Source: Anaeroplasmataceae bacterium (lineage in GTDB: Bacteria; Bacillota; Clostridia; Christensenellales; CAG-917). Taken from it: a stretch of DNA of 39,786 nucleotides. Position 1 is the stretch's first letter. Every line of letters begins with the position of its first letter. This document shows, one piece after another, positions 24,329 through 34,509 of this stretch. The DNA is taken from positions 1 through 39,786 of the forward strand of contig CAVKUX010000002.1 of assembly GCA_963659595.1 (NCBI GenBank), read 5' to 3'. The position numbers were made by a program, and so were the translations under genes. The notes below the pieces were generated by a model, which was not told the origin of the DNA, ran no database searches, and saw only the letters and a program-made list of their open reading frames with translations.

Positions 24329-25282
24329 TTAGTCCTCTTGCGCCTTCAAGCCGAGGCCGAGATCTTCGAGTTTCTTGACAACTTCTTCGAGTGATTTTCT
24401 GCCGAGGTTTCTCACTTTGAGCATATCGTCTTCGCTGCGTTTGGTGAGGTCTTCGACGGTGTGAATGTTTGCGCGTTTCAAGCAATTGTACGAACGCACC
24501 GAGAGGTCGAGATCTTCAACTGACATTTCAAGGACTTTCTTGGTGTCGTCTTTCTTGTCCTCTTTGAGAATATCGTTCTCGTCCATCTTGTCGACGAGAT
24601 TGATGAACAGTTTGAGATGATCGTTCATAATCTTTGCTGCAAGAGAAGTTATTTCCTTTGCAGAAGTCGTACCGTCGGTGGTCACTTCGAGCGTAAGTTT
24701 ATCGAAGTCGATGCTTTGTTCGACACGAGTGCTTTCGACGGCATAATTGACTTTGACGACGGGTGTATAGATAGAATCGATCGGAATATAACCGATGGAT
24801 TGACGGCTGTCCTTGTTGCGAGAAGCAGGAACATAGCCTCTGCCGCAATCGACAAAAATGGTCATATCGATAGACGCGCCCTCGTCCAAAGTGCAAATGA
24901 CTTGGTCGGTGTTGACGACTTCGATACCCGTGGCGCATTGGATGTCGCCTGCGGTGACCGTGCCGACGGTGTTGGCAAAGAGTTTGCATTCTTGCTTTCC
25001 GGCTTTTTCAAGGCTGTTGACTGCTTTGAAACGAACAGTTTTGAGGTTGAGGATGATTTCGGTAACTTCCTCTTTTACGCCCTTGATTGTGGAGAATTCG
25101 TGATCGACGCCCGCGATTTTGATGCCGACTGCGGCGGCACCGGGCAGCGCAGAAAGAAGGATACGGCGCAAGCAGTTGCCGATCGTTGTGCCGAAGCCTC
25201 TTTCAAGCGGCTCGACGACGAACTTGCAATAGTTCTTGCTTTCGTTCTCCATTTTTATTTTGGGACTTCTCATTTCCATCAT
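24329..25282 (-). CDS. rpoA: DNA-directed RNA polymerase alpha subunit
   Basis: FVVEPLERGFGTTIGNCLRRILLSALPGAA and the C-terminal domain LDLSVRSYNCLKRANIHTVEDL...VRNLGRKSLEEV are both present. Confidence 0.97.
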   Translation of the reverse strand: MMEMRSPKIKMENESKNYCKFVVEPLERGFGTTIGNCLRRILLSALPGAAAVGIKIAGVDHEFSTIKGVKEEVTEIILNLKTVRFKAVNSLEKAGKQECKLFANTVGTVTAGDIQCATGIEVVNTDQVICTLDEGASIDMTIFVDCGRGYVPASRNKDSRQSIGYIPIDSIYTPVVKVNYAVESTRVEQSIDFDKLTLEVTTDGTTSAKEITSLAAKIMNDHLKLFINLVDKMDENDILKEDKKDDTKKVLEMSVEDLDLSVRSYNCLKRANIHTVEDLTKRSEDDMLKVRNLGRKSLEEVVKKLEDLGLGLKAQED

Positions 25283-25302
25283 AACTGTATCCTCCGATCA
25301 AA

Positions 25303-25926
25303 TTATTTAGAGTACAACTCGACGATAAGGTGTTCTTGGATGTCGAGGTCGATGTCGCTTCTTTCGGGAAGAGCAACAACCTTACCTGTGAGCGTTGCGT
25401 TGTCAAATTCGAGCCATTTGACGAGGTTGAGATTCTTGGTTTCCTTTACGGCGTTCCACAAAGCGGAATCTTTCTTGTTCTCCTTGACGGCAACGACGTC
25501 GCCTGCTTTGACGAGGTAGGACGGAATGTCCACCGTTTTGCCGTTGACGGTGATGTGGCCGTGATTGACGATTTGGCGAGCCATTGCTCTCGAAGTGCCG
25601 AGGCCGAGACGATACACAACGTTGTCGAGACGTCTTTCGATAAGCACGAGCATATTGTCACCGGTGACGCCGCGCATTTCGGACGCTCTGTCGTAGTACA
25701 TCTTGAATTGCTTTTCGGTCACGCCGTAGTAGCGTTTGGTTTTTTGTTTCTCACGAAGTTGAACGCTGTAACCGCTCGCCTTCTTTCTTCCCTTGCCGTG
25801 GTCTCCGGGAGGTGCGTATTTTGTGAGAAGGGGGCATTTTGTAGAACCGCACTTCTCGCCTTTGAGATAGAGTTTGCATCCTTCGCGTCTGCAAAGACGG
25901 CAATCTGCTCCTGTATATTTAGCCAT
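25303..25926 (-). CDS. rpsD: 30S ribosomal protein S4
   Basis: The protein reads MAKYTGADCRLCRREGCKLYLKGEKC...LIVELYSK. It lies in the conserved alpha-operon position. Confidence 0.97.
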   Translation of the reverse strand: MAKYTGADCRLCRREGCKLYLKGEKCGSTKCPLLTKYAPPGDHGKGRKKASGYSVQLREKQKTKRYYGVTEKQFKMYYDRASEMRGVTGDNMLVLIERRLDNVVYRLGLGTSRAMARQIVNHGHITVNGKTVDIPSYLVKAGDVVAVKENKKDSALWNAVKETKNLNLVKWLEFDNATLTGKVVALPERSDIDLDIQEHLIVELYSK

Positions 25927-25943
25927 AGTTTAAGTCCTCCTAA

Positions 25944-26339
25944 TTACAGTCTTCTCGCCTTGGGCGGACGGCATCCGTTGTGAGGAATCGGGGATACGTC
26001 TTGAATGAGCGTAACTTCGATACCGACGTTTGCGAGCGCGCGGATTGCGCTCTCTCTGCCTTGACCGGGACCTTTGACGTAGACTTCAACGCTTCTCATA
26101 CCTTGATCGTAAGCGACTTTGGCTGCGTCTTCGCTGACCATTTGCGCTGCGAACGGGGTGGATTTACGGCTGCCGCGGAGTTTGAGTTTGCCTGCGGAAG
26201 ACCAAGAGATAGCGTTTCCGTTCATATCTGTGATAGTAACGATTGTGTTGTTGAAAGAAGCGTGAATATGCACTTGACCTTTTTCAACGCGTTTGATATC
26301 TTTTCTTTTCTTGATTGCTTTTCTTGCGATACCTGCCAT
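25944..26339 (-). CDS. rpsK: 30S ribosomal protein S11
   Basis: [20 protein letters not shown]...[15 protein letters not shown]. Confidence 0.97.
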   Translation of the reverse strand: MAGIARKAIKKRKDIKRVEKGQVHIHASFNNTIVTITDMNGNAISWSSAGKLKLRGSRKSTPFAAQMVSEDAAKVAYDQGMRSVEVYVKGPGQGRESAIRALANVGIEVTLIQDVSPIPHNGCRPPKARRL

Positions 26340-26351
26340 AGTCGCGCCTCC

Positions 26352-26720
26352 TTATTTCTTGCTGCGGCTGACTGCGCGCTTGGGACCTTTTCTCGTACGA
26401 GCGTTTTGTTTGGTGTTTTGACCACGTACGGGAAGTCCTTTTCTGTGACGTACGCCGCGATAGCAACCGATTTCCATCAATCTCTTAATGTTGAGACCGA
26501 CTTCTCTTTTGAGGTCGCCTTCGACGTGCAAATGTTGTTCGATGTACTCACGAATGAGACTGACTTGATCCTCGCTCAAATCCTTGACGCGAATATCTGG
26601 ATTGATGCCGGTCTCTTTCAAAATCTTTTGAGAAGTTGCAAGTCCGATACCATAAATGTAGGTAAGTCCGTATTCAACTCTCTTGTCGCGCGGAAGATCC
26701 ACGCCGGCGATTCTTGCCAT
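26352..26720 (-). CDS. rpsM: 30S ribosomal protein S13
   Basis: [26 protein letters not shown]... Confidence 0.97.
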   Translation of the reverse strand: MARIAGVDLPRDKRVEYGLTYIYGIGLATSQKILKETGINPDIRVKDLSEDQVSLIREYIEQHLHVEGDLKREVGLNIKRLMEIGCYRGVRHRKGLPVRGQNTKQNARTRKGPKRAVSRSKK

Positions 26721-26888
26721 TTTCTACCTCCGAAATAGTGAAAAAAGTGTTTTTTATATATGCCACGCATAGGTAGTTGCCGTAATATGTGGAATGAAGC
26801 AACCAGCCGCCCTACGCTTTTTGCCGAATTTTACTTTTGAAGTCGAGGCGGAGCATTGCCTCAAAACGTCAAAAGCCCGACGCTACAA

Positions 26889-27005
26889 TCAACCTTGACG
26901 TTGTTTGTGGTTGGGATACTTTGAGCAGATAACCATAACTCTGCCGTTTCTTTTGATAACTTTGCATTTGTCGCACATAGGCTTGACGCTGGGTCTGACT
27001 TTCAT
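26889..27005 (-). CDS. rpmJ: 50S ribosomal protein L36 (38 aa; absent from the ORF track)
   Basis: Manual translation gives [38 protein letters not shown]. The RBS AGGAGGT (plus-strand ACCTCCT, 27011-27017) lies upstream. Confidence 0.93.
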   Translation of the reverse strand: MKVRPSVKPMCDKCKVIKRNGRVMVICSKYPNHKQRQG

Positions 27006-27051
27006 AGTTAACCTCCTGAATGAGTCCTTTGTTTTCGATGTTTCGATGACC

Positions 27052-27270
27052 TTATTTGTTGCGGTAGATTATTCTGCCTTTTGTCAGGTCGTACGGCGAC
27101 ATTTCGATTTTGACTTTGTCGCCTTCGAGAATTCTAATGTTGTTGATACGCAACTTTCCGCCGAGATACGCAAGAATCTCGTGTCCGTTTGTGAGCATCA
27201 CTCTGAATTGAGTTTTGGGCAAAACTTCGATGACTTTGCCTTCGGTTTCGATAACGTCTTCTTTTGACAT
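27052..27270 (-). CDS. infA: Translation initiation factor IF-1
   Basis: [41 protein letters not shown]... Confidence 0.97.
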   Translation of the reverse strand: MSKEDVIETEGKVIEVLPKTQFRVMLTNGHEILAYLGGKLRINNIRILEGDKVKIEMSPYDLTKGRIIYRNK

Positions 27271-27279
27271 AGAGTCCTC

Positions 27280-27546
27280 TTAATTGTTGTTGTCGTTGTA
27301 AAAACGAAGTGCGCTGAACAGTTCCTGATCGAACACTTGCGCGCCGTTTTTGATTTTTTCCGCAATCTTTTCGAGCACGTCGCCCGTCGGTTGCAGATGT
27401 TTTACGTTTTTGAGTTTCGCGTTTTTGATATGGCGCAGATTTCCGTCCGCGATTCTCACCGTGTTTTCGTCCACAATCTCGACGACTGCGTAATACGCGC
27501 CTTGGTCGCGACCTGCTTTTGAATAAACGATAGAGCCGATTTCCAT
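27280..27546 (-). CDS. KOW-domain RNA-binding protein (the small conserved gene between map and infA)
   Basis: 88 aa. The protein begins MEIGSIVYSKAGRDQGAYYAVVEIVDENTVRIADG, a KOW-like motif. Its position matches the map-infA spacer gene common in Firmicutes. Confidence 0.7.
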   Translation of the reverse strand: MEIGSIVYSKAGRDQGAYYAVVEIVDENTVRIADGNLRHIKNAKLKNVKHLQPTGDVLEKIAEKIKNGAQVFDQELFSALRFYNDNNN

Positions 27547-27547
27547 A

Positions 27548-28285
27548 TCAAAGCGTAAGTATTTCAGCCCCGTTTTCTGTCAGGGCAACAGTGTTTTCGT
27601 AGTGAGCGGAAGGTTTGCCGTCGAGAGTGACGCATTTCCAACCGTCTTCAAGCGTTTGCCACGTTCCCATATTGACCATCGGTTCGATTGCAAGCACCAT
27701 ACCCACTTCGAGTTTCGGACCGTGTCCCGCCTTTCCGTAGTTCGGCACTGCGGGGTCTTCGTGCATTTCTCTGCCGATACCGTGACCGACCATCGATCTT
27801 ACGACGCCGTAGCCGCGAGATTCGTTGTAAACCTGCACCGCGTGCGATATGTCGCCGAGTCTGCCGCCTGCCTTGAATTGCTTTACGCCCTCGAAGAAGC
27901 TCTCTCTCGTGGTGTCCACGAGGCGTTTCTTTTCTTCGCTGACTTCGCCTACGAGGAAGGTTCTTGCAGCGTCCGCTTGCCAACCCTTGAATACGAGTCC
28001 GCAATCCACGCCGATTATCTCGCCCTCTTTAAGACGTCTGTCGGACGGGAATCCGTGAACGACGACTTCGTCTATCGAAGCGCATATAGTTCCCGGAAAT
28101 CCGCCGTATCCGAGGAAGGACGGGGTCGAATCGTGCCTTTTGATGTAATCGTAGGCAAATTCGTCAAGACGCTTTGTCGACACTCCCGGTTTCACTCTGT
28201 CGCCGAGGAAGAGCAGGCAATCTCTGAGGATTGTGCCCGATTTCCTCATACATTCGATTTCGTGAGGGCTTTTGATGTTGATCAT
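27548..28285 (-). CDS. map: Methionine aminopeptidase, type I
   Basis: ICASIDEVVVHGFP, GVDCG, MVGHGIGREMHEDP and VLAIEPM are all present. Confidence 0.95.
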   Translation of the reverse strand: MINIKSPHEIECMRKSGTILRDCLLFLGDRVKPGVSTKRLDEFAYDYIKRHDSTPSFLGYGGFPGTICASIDEVVVHGFPSDRRLKEGEIIGVDCGLVFKGWQADAARTFLVGEVSEEKKRLVDTTRESFFEGVKQFKAGGRLGDISHAVQVYNESRGYGVVRSMVGHGIGREMHEDPAVPNYGKAGHGPKLEVGMVLAIEPMVNMGTWQTLEDGWKCVTLDGKPSAHYENTVALTENGAEILTL

Positions 28286-28902
28286 TCAAGCACCTTCTTT
28301 ATATCCGCAAAAATTTCTTCTTTCGTGCCGTTGGCTTCGATGTCCACGACTTTGTTTTGCGAACGATAGTAATCGATGAGCGGTTGAGTTTGATCGCTGT
28401 ACACTCTGAGTCTGTTCTTCACGGTTTCGGGCTTGTCGTCGTCGCGAATGAAAAGTTCCTTTCCGCAACGCTTGCAAGTCGTCTCGCCGTTGAGCATAGA
28501 AACGTGATAAGTTTCGCCGCACACGCAAACCCTTCTGCCGCCGAGCCTGTCGATGATGGTTTCAAACGGAACGTCGATGTTGATTGCAAGGTCGATTCTG
28601 GCAACCTTGTCGAGAGCCTCCGCCTGAGCGATTGTTCTGGGGAATCCGTCGAGGATATATCCGTTTTTGCAATCGTCTTGCGAAAGTCTGTCTTCAACCA
28701 AGCCGATGACCACTTCGTCGGGAACGAGTCCGCCCGATTCGACGAAAGCCTTTGCTTTCAAACCGAGGGGCGTGCCTTCCTTCATATTGCGACGTAGTAT
28801 GTCACCCGTTGAGATGTGAGGAACTTTGAATTCCTCTGCAATCATCGCCGCTTGCGTACCTTTTCCTGCGCCCGGAGCGCCTAATAATATAATATTTTTC
28901 AT
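28282..28902 (-). CDS. adk: Adenylate kinase (Zn-lid form)
   Basis: The P-loop reads MKNIILLGAPGAGKGTQA. The Cys4 lid is CVCGETYH...CKRCGKEL. Confidence 0.97.
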   Translation of the reverse strand: MKNIILLGAPGAGKGTQAAMIAEEFKVPHISTGDILRRNMKEGTPLGLKAKAFVESGGLVPDEVVIGLVEDRLSQDDCKNGYILDGFPRTIAQAEALDKVARIDLAINIDVPFETIIDRLGGRRVCVCGETYHVSMLNGETTCKRCGKELFIRDDDKPETVKNRLRVYSDQTQPLIDYYRSQNKVVDIEANGTKEEIFADIKKVLE

Positions 28903-29000
28903 AATTATTTATTATAGCACTTTTTCGCTCCGATGGCAAACAAATCGTCAAGCGATTTGCGCCATCGAACAAAAAATATGGGTTTGTTTGTCGTTTTCTC

Positions 29001-30326
29001 TTATTTGAGGAAGCCCTTGTAGTGCTTCATCATGATTTGAGATTCGAGTTGCTTGTTGAGCTCGAGCGCGACGGACACGACGATGAGCAAACCTGTTGCC
29101 GAGAACGAATTTGCAAACGGAAGTGCCGGTGCCGCCCAAGAGCCGTTGCCCATAGCGAGCGCTCTGAACAAGAAGGTCGGGATAAGAGACAAGCACATAA
29201 GGAACACAGCACCGAAGAAGGTGATTCTGTTGTTGATCTTCTTGAGGAAGTCGCTTGTCGGTTTGCCCGCTCTTATACCGGGGATAAATCCGCCGTATTG
29301 TTGAATGTTTTTGGATACGTCTTCGGGATTGAACTGGATTTGAGCGTAGAAATAACTAAATCCGAGGATGAACAATGCCAAGAGGACGTAGTAGACTGCA
29401 GTACCGCTTCCCATATAAGTCGCATACCAAGTCGCAGCGGATGTGTCGCTGAAAAAGAGTTGGATGATCATTTGCGGGAACATAAGCAAGGACGACGCGA
29501 AAATGATGGGCATAACGCCGCTACCGTTGACGCGAATGGGGATATACGTCGTTTGACCGCCGTACATCTTGTTGCCCTTGATTTGTTTGGAGTACTGCAC
29601 CGTGATTCTTCTCTCTGCGCCGTCCATAAAGACGATGAACACGAATATGGCAACAACCAAAGCGATGAAGCCGAGGATGTTCCAGATATACGTCCATTCG
29701 TTGCCGACGAGTTTGAAGGACTCCGCCATAGTAGTGCCTGCGGTCGAAAGGATACCGATGAAGATGATGATTGACGTACCGTTGCCGATGCCGTATTCGG
29801 TGATTCTTTCGCTGAGCCACATAACCATAACGCTGCCCGCCACCAAGATGACGATAGTCAGAGCCATTGTCAGAATGGGATTATCCGCGCTTGCTTCGAA
29901 AGAGAACACGTCGAGGAAGTAACTCTTGAAAGCCACGACGATACCGATTGCTTGCACGATTGCAAGCACGACGGCAACGATTCTCGTGATTTGCGTGAGT
30001 TTCTTTCTGCCTTCTTCACCCTCTTTTGACATCTTCTCGAGCGCGGGGATGACCAACGCGAGAAGTTGCATAATAATCGACGAGTTGATGAACGGCAACA
30101 CGCCGAGCGCAAACAAAGTGGCGTTCTGCATCGAACCGCCCGTTATGACGTTGAGTATGCTGAGAAAGTCGGTTGTGAATGCCGTAGCATCTTGCATCGC
30201 AGCGATATCGAACGTCGGGATGGGGATGTAGCATCCGATTCTGTAAACGAGGATAAGAGCGAGAGTAATCCAAATCTTCACTCTTATTTCCTTCGTTTTG
30301 AATGCGTTTTTGAGTGTCTCAAACAT
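29001..30326 (-). CDS. secY: Preprotein translocase subunit SecY
   Basis: 441 aa and polytopic. It lies in the conserved position between rplO and adk. Confidence 0.97.
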   Translation of the reverse strand: MFETLKNAFKTKEIRVKIWITLALILVYRIGCYIPIPTFDIAAMQDATAFTTDFLSILNVITGGSMQNATLFALGVLPFINSSIIMQLLALVIPALEKMSKEGEEGRKKLTQITRIVAVVLAIVQAIGIVVAFKSYFLDVFSFEASADNPILTMALTIVILVAGSVMVMWLSERITEYGIGNGTSIIIFIGILSTAGTTMAESFKLVGNEWTYIWNILGFIALVVAIFVFIVFMDGAERRITVQYSKQIKGNKMYGGQTTYIPIRVNGSGVMPIIFASSLLMFPQMIIQLFFSDTSAATWYATYMGSGTAVYYVLLALFILGFSYFYAQIQFNPEDVSKNIQQYGGFIPGIRAGKPTSDFLKKINNRITFFGAVFLMCLSLIPTFLFRALAMGNGSWAAPALPFANSFSATGLLIVVSVALELNKQLESQIMMKHYKGFLK

Positions 30327-30772
30327 TATAGCACCTCTGCTGTGCCGCCTGCCTTTTCGATTTTTTGAATTGCAGACGCGGTGAATTTGTTGGCTTTAAT
30401 CGTAAGTTTCTTTTCAAGTTCGCCGTTTCCGAGGACTTTGAGTCCGTATGCTTCGACTTTCTTGATGATACCGCTTGCGACAAGCTCATCGATACCGACA
30501 ACTGCTCCGTCTTCAAATCTGTTGAAAACGTCGATGTTGACCGTGTTGTAGACGTGTGCGAATCTCTTGTTGTTGAAACCGATCTTCGGAAGTCTTCTGG
30601 TCATCGGCATTTGGCCGCCTTCGAAGTTGGGACGAACGCCGCCGCCGCTTCTTGCCCATTGACCTTTATGTCCACGAGTAGATGTTTTACCCATACCGGA
30701 GCCTACGCCGCGACCGATTCTCTTGGTAGCGGTTTTTGCGCCCTCTGCGGGTTTAAGATCTTGAATATTCAT
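30326..30772 (-). CDS. rplO: 50S ribosomal protein L15
   Basis: The start was set at [38 protein letters not shown] (ATG 30772), which follows GGAGGA. Confidence 0.95.
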   Translation of the reverse strand: MNIQDLKPAEGAKTATKRIGRGVGSGMGKTSTRGHKGQWARSGGGVRPNFEGGQMPMTRRLPKIGFNNKRFAHVYNTVNIDVFNRFEDGAVVGIDELVASGIIKKVEAYGLKVLGNGELEKKLTIKANKFTASAIQKIEKAGGTAEVL

Positions 30773-30782
30773 ATGTTCCTCC

Positions 30783-30992
30783 TCACGCTTCCTCAACCTT
30801 GACAAGGTGAGAAACTTTTGCGATCTTTCCTCTCACGCAAGCGTCGTCTGCGAAAGTTCTGGAATTGCCGATTTTGTGCAAGCCCATTGCTTCGAGGTTG
30901 GCTTTTTGATTTTTGAGGATGCCGTTTACGCTCTTAACGAGAGTGACTTTTATAGTTTTGACTTCTGCTTTTGCTTCTGCTTTCTTTGCCAT
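30783..30992 (-). CDS. rpmD: 50S ribosomal protein L30
   Basis: [30 protein letters not shown] is present. It lies between rpsE and rplO. Confidence 0.93.
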   Translation of the reverse strand: MAKKAEAKAEVKTIKVTLVKSVNGILKNQKANLEAMGLHKIGNSRTFADDACVRGKIAKVSHLVKVEEA

Positions 30993-31006
30993 AGTACACC
31001 TCTCGA

Positions 31007-31525
31007 TTAGTCAGCCACGACATCTACGCCGCGAAGTTGCGCGATTTGCTCTGCGTTGCGAAGACTCATAAGACCTTCGAGCGTTGCTTTTGCGCTGTTG
31101 ATGGGGTTGTTAGAGCCGAGTGATTTGGTTCTGATGTCCTTTACGCCTGCGGTTTCGAGCACCATACGGACTGCACCGCCCGCGATGACGCCGGTACCTT
31201 CTTCGGCAGGAAGAAGAAGAACTTGACCACGACCGAATTTACCCGTCGTTGCGTGAGGAATTGTGTTGCCTTTCAAAGAAACAGTCACGAGGTTGCGTTT
31301 TGCAAATTGCGTTGCTTTCTCGATTGCTTCGGGAACTTCCGCCGCTTTGCCCATACCGAGACCCACTCTGCCGTTGCCGTCGCCGACTACCACGAGTGCG
31401 GAAAAGCGCATGTTCTTGCCGCCCTTGGTGGTTTTGGTGACGCGGTTGACAGCAATGAGTTTCTTGTTCAAACCGTCGTTTTCTTCTCTGTTTCTATCGT
31501 TTCTTCTATCACGATTTTCTGCCAT
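31007..31525 (-). CDS. rpsE: 30S ribosomal protein S5
   Basis: [43 protein letters not shown]. Confidence 0.97.
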   Translation of the reverse strand: MAENRDRRNDRNREENDGLNKKLIAVNRVTKTTKGGKNMRFSALVVVGDGNGRVGLGMGKAAEVPEAIEKATQFAKRNLVTVSLKGNTIPHATTGKFGRGQVLLLPAEEGTGVIAGGAVRMVLETAGVKDIRTKSLGSNNPINSAKATLEGLMSLRNAEQIAQLRGVDVVAD

Positions 31526-31536
31526 AATTCCTCCGA

Positions 31537-31905
31537 TTAAAACTCAAGACCGGCTTCTCTTGCGCCGTCGGCGAGAGATTGAACTCTGCCGGTGTAAAGA
31601 TAGCCGCCTCTGTCGAACACGACTTCTTTGATGCCGATTGCCTGAGCCTTTTCAGCAATTGCCTTGCCGACGACTTTTGCAACTTCGCTCTTGGAAAGGT
31701 CTGCGGTTTGAGCCGCAATCGCTTTTTCGAGGTCGGATGCCGCGCAAAGAGTGTTACCCTTCACGTCGTCGATAACTTGAGCATAGATATGGTTTGTGCT
31801 TCTGTACACGCAAAGACGAGGTCTTTCGGCAGTGCCGCTGACTTTCTTTCTGACTCTTGCGTGACGAATGATTCTATCTGCGTTTTTATCTTTTTTGCTT
31901 ATCAT
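31537..31905 (-). CDS. rplR: 50S ribosomal protein L18
   Basis: [20 protein letters not shown]...[26 protein letters not shown]. Confidence 0.97.
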   Translation of the reverse strand: MISKKDKNADRIIRHARVRKKVSGTAERPRLCVYRSTNHIYAQVIDDVKGNTLCAASDLEKAIAAQTADLSKSEVAKVVGKAIAEKAQAIGIKEVVFDRGGYLYTGRVQSLADGAREAGLEF

Positions 31906-31917
31906 ACTTCACCTCAA

Positions 31918-32460
31918 TTACTTCGTGGCTCTCTTGCCGACTTTGTGGATGACGGTTTCATCCTTGTAGTGAATACCGTAGTTGTGATACGGTTCGACCG
32001 GTTTGATAGCCTTGATGGTTGCAGCGGTTTGACCGACGAGTTGGCGATCAATACCCTTCACGACGATTTCGAGGGGTTGGGGTTGCGCAAAAGTAATTCC
32101 TTCGGGTGCGGTGAACTCAACTGGATGAGAGAATCCGATGTTGAGGGTCATCTTGTTGTTGCCCAAAAGGGTGACTTTGTAACCGACGCCGTTGACGACG
32201 AGGCTCTTTTCAAAGCCTTTCGTCACGCCAACCACCATATTGTGGATGAGCGCGCGGTAAAGTCCGTGCAATGCGCGATGGTCTTTATCGTCGGAATGAC
32301 GAGTGCAGATCACGTGTCCGTCCTCGACTTTGACGTCGATGGATTTGTCAACCGTTTGAGAAAGTGCGCCGAGCGGGCCTTTCACGGAAACGAGGTTGTT
32401 GTTGATTTCAACTGTTACACCTTGCGGAATGGCAATAGGTGCTCTACCGATTCTTGACAT
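31918..32460 (-). CDS. rplF: 50S ribosomal protein L6
   Basis: The start was set at MSRIGRAPIAIPQGVTV (ATG 32460). Confidence 0.95.
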   Translation of the reverse strand: MSRIGRAPIAIPQGVTVEINNNLVSVKGPLGALSQTVDKSIDVKVEDGHVICTRHSDDKDHRALHGLYRALIHNMVVGVTKGFEKSLVVNGVGYKVTLLGNNKMTLNIGFSHPVEFTAPEGITFAQPQPLEIVVKGIDRQLVGQTAATIKAIKPVEPYHNYGIHYKDETVIHKVGKRATK

Positions 32461-32471
32461 ATCGCACCCCC

Positions 32472-32867
32472 TTACCAAACGTATGCAAGCACTTCGCCGC
32501 CGACGTGCTGTGCTTTCGCTTCCTTATCGGTGAGGATACCCTTGGACGTGGAAAGGATTGCAATGCCCATTCCGTTGAGAACCTTGGGAAGATTGTCCAC
32601 ACCTGCGTAGACGCGAAGACCGGGTGTTGATACTCTCTTAAGACCGGTGACGACCTTTTGACCTTTGACGGGTGCGTATTTGAGAGTGATGACGATGTTG
32701 TTTTGAACAGCGCCGTCAACGACCTCGAATCCTTTGACGTAACCTTCTTTAACGAGTATTTCTGCTATTGCGACCTTGATTTTGCTCGCCGGAACTTCAA
32801 CCGTTTCGTGCTTTGCGGTCAAGGCATTTCTAATTCTTGTAAGCATATCTGCAATGGGATCAGTCAT
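32472..32867 (-). CDS. rpsH: 30S ribosomal protein S8
   Basis: [15 protein letters not shown]...GGEVLAYVW. Confidence 0.97.
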   Translation of the reverse strand: MTDPIADMLTRIRNALTAKHETVEVPASKIKVAIAEILVKEGYVKGFEVVDGAVQNNIVITLKYAPVKGQKVVTGLKRVSTPGLRVYAGVDNLPKVLNGMGIAILSTSKGILTDKEAKAQHVGGEVLAYVW

Positions 32868-32882
32868 TTTTAGTGCCTCCTC

Positions 32883-33068
32883 TTACCAACTTGCTTTCTT
32901 CACTCCGGGAATCTCGCCCTTGTAAGCGAGGTTTCTGAAGCAAACTCTGCAAATACCGTACTTTTTGAGCACGGCGTGGGGACGTCCGCAAATACGGCAA
33001 CGTGTATATTCACGCGTCGAGAACTTTTGTGGTCTTTGTTGCTTAATTTTCATTGATGTTTTGGCCAT
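32883..33068 (-). CDS. rpsN: 30S ribosomal protein S14, type Z (Zn-binding, 61 aa)
   Basis: The Cys4 motif is [22 protein letters not shown] and the protein ends PGVKKASW. Confidence 0.95.
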   Translation of the reverse strand: MAKTSMKIKQQRPQKFSTREYTRCRICGRPHAVLKKYGICRVCFRNLAYKGEIPGVKKASW

Positions 33069-33078
33069 AGTTCACTCC

Positions 33079-33687
33079 TTACTTCGCAAAAGGCATTCCG
33101 AGCAGTTTGAGAAGTTCTCTTGCCTCCTCGTCGGTTTTTGCCGTCGTAACGATACAAATATCGAAACCGCGAACCTTTTCGACTTTGTCGAATTCGATTT
33201 CGGGGAAGATGAGTTGTTCTTTCACGCCGACTGCGTAGTTGCCTCTGCCGTCAAACGACTTAGAGGAAATGCCGCGGAAGTCGCGGACGCGAGGAAGCGC
33301 GATGGAAATGAACTTGTCGAGGAAGTCGTACATTCTGTTGCCGCGAAGCGTAACTTTTGCGCCGACGTTCATACCTTCTCTCACCTTGAAGTTTGCAACG
33401 GATTTCTTTGCTGTTGTGATAACCGGTTTTTGACCTGCAATCATTTTGAGTTCCTCAACTGCGAGTTGCAGTGATTTGCTGTTGTCTTTGCAGTCGCCCA
33501 AGCCCATATTAAGCACAATTTTTTCAAGACGAGGGACCTCGTTGATGTTCTTGTAGCCAAAGCGTTTGATGAGAGCCGGTACGACCTCTTCGGCGTACTG
33601 TTTTCTCATACGGTATCTTTCAGCATTACCAGCATTCGTCTTATCGGTTGCAGGTTCCTTAGCAACCTGATTTTTCTTTTCTGCCAC
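33079..33687 (-). CDS. rplE: 50S ribosomal protein L5, possibly with a 26-aa N-terminal extension
   Basis: The core begins [36 protein letters not shown]. The GTG at 33687 follows GGAGGT with a 7-nt spacer. The internal ATG at 33609 lacks a good RBS, so the long form is preferred. Confidence 0.9.
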   Translation of the reverse strand: MAEKKNQVAKEPATDKTNAGNAERYRMRKQYAEEVVPALIKRFGYKNINEVPRLEKIVLNMGLGDCKDNSKSLQLAVEELKMIAGQKPVITTAKKSVANFKVREGMNVGAKVTLRGNRMYDFLDKFISIALPRVRDFRGISSKSFDGRGNYAVGVKEQLIFPEIEFDKVEKVRGFDICIVTTAKTDEEARELLKLLGMPFAK

Positions 33688-33705
33688 GATATTACCTCCG
33701 ATTTA

Positions 33706-34113
33706 TCAGTCCTTTTTATCTGCGGACTTTTCTGCTTTCTTTTTTGCGGCTTTCTTTGCCACTTTCTTTGCAGATGGTTTCTTCTCGTCCAAAGACGCAC
33801 CGCACTTGGGGCATACGCGGACGGATTTTTGTTTGCCGTTCACGTCTTTCACTTCGTGCTTAACTCTGACGACGTCGCCGCAACCTGCGCAAACGTGCAT
33901 AACGTTGGATGCGTCGATTGTGCCTTCTTGTTTGACGATGCCGCCCTTTTCTTGTGCGTTTCTGGGCTTTTTGCTCTTTGAAACAATGTTTACGCCTTCA
34001 ACGTAGATTCTTCCGGTTTCGGGAACGACTTTGAGGACTTTGCCCACTTTGCCTTGATCCTTGCCGGTGATAACCATAACGTTGTCGCCTTTCTTAACAC
34101 TCAATTTTGCCAT
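33706..34113 (-). CDS. rplX: 50S ribosomal protein L24 (135 aa, Cys4-containing, with a Lys-rich tail)
   Basis: The KOW region is KKGDNVMVITGKDQGKVGKV. The motif CAGCGDVVRV...VRVCPKCGASL is followed by KKPSAKKVAKKAAKKKAEKSADKKD. Confidence 0.95.
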   Translation of the reverse strand: MAKLSVKKGDNVMVITGKDQGKVGKVLKVVPETGRIYVEGVNIVSKSKKPRNAQEKGGIVKQEGTIDASNVMHVCAGCGDVVRVKHEVKDVNGKQKSVRVCPKCGASLDEKKPSAKKVAKKAAKKKAEKSADKKD

Positions 34114-34127
34114 AATAGTTGTCCTCC

Positions 34128-34496
34128 TTACAGCACTTCGGGTGCGAGAGAAATGATTTTGGTGTAATCCTTGTCACGAAGTTCTCTTGCGATAGGCCCA
34201 AAAATACGAGTGCCTTGTGGTTGTTTTTGGTTGTCGATGATGACTGCCGCATTGTCGTCGAACTTGATGTGGCTGCCGTCCTCGCGTTGAAGACCGAAGG
34301 TCGTGCGGACGATAACCGCCTTTACGACGTCGCCCTTCTTAACCTTGCCGCCCGGGATAGCCGATTTGACGGACGCGACGATAACGTCGCCGATGTTTCC
34401 GCTTCTTCTGAAAGAACCGCCCAGGACTCTGATGCACATAATTTCTTTGGCTCCGCTGTTGTCAGCGACTTTGAGCCAACTCAATGGTTGAATCAT
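34128..34496 (-). CDS. rplN: 50S ribosomal protein L14
   Basis: [27 protein letters not shown]... Confidence 0.97.
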   Translation of the reverse strand: MIQPLSWLKVADNSGAKEIMCIRVLGGSFRRSGNIGDVIVASVKSAIPGGKVKKGDVVKAVIVRTTFGLQREDGSHIKFDDNAAVIIDNQKQPQGTRIFGPIARELRDKDYTKIISLAPEVL

Positions 34497-34509
34497 AGCG
34501 TTCCTCCTA

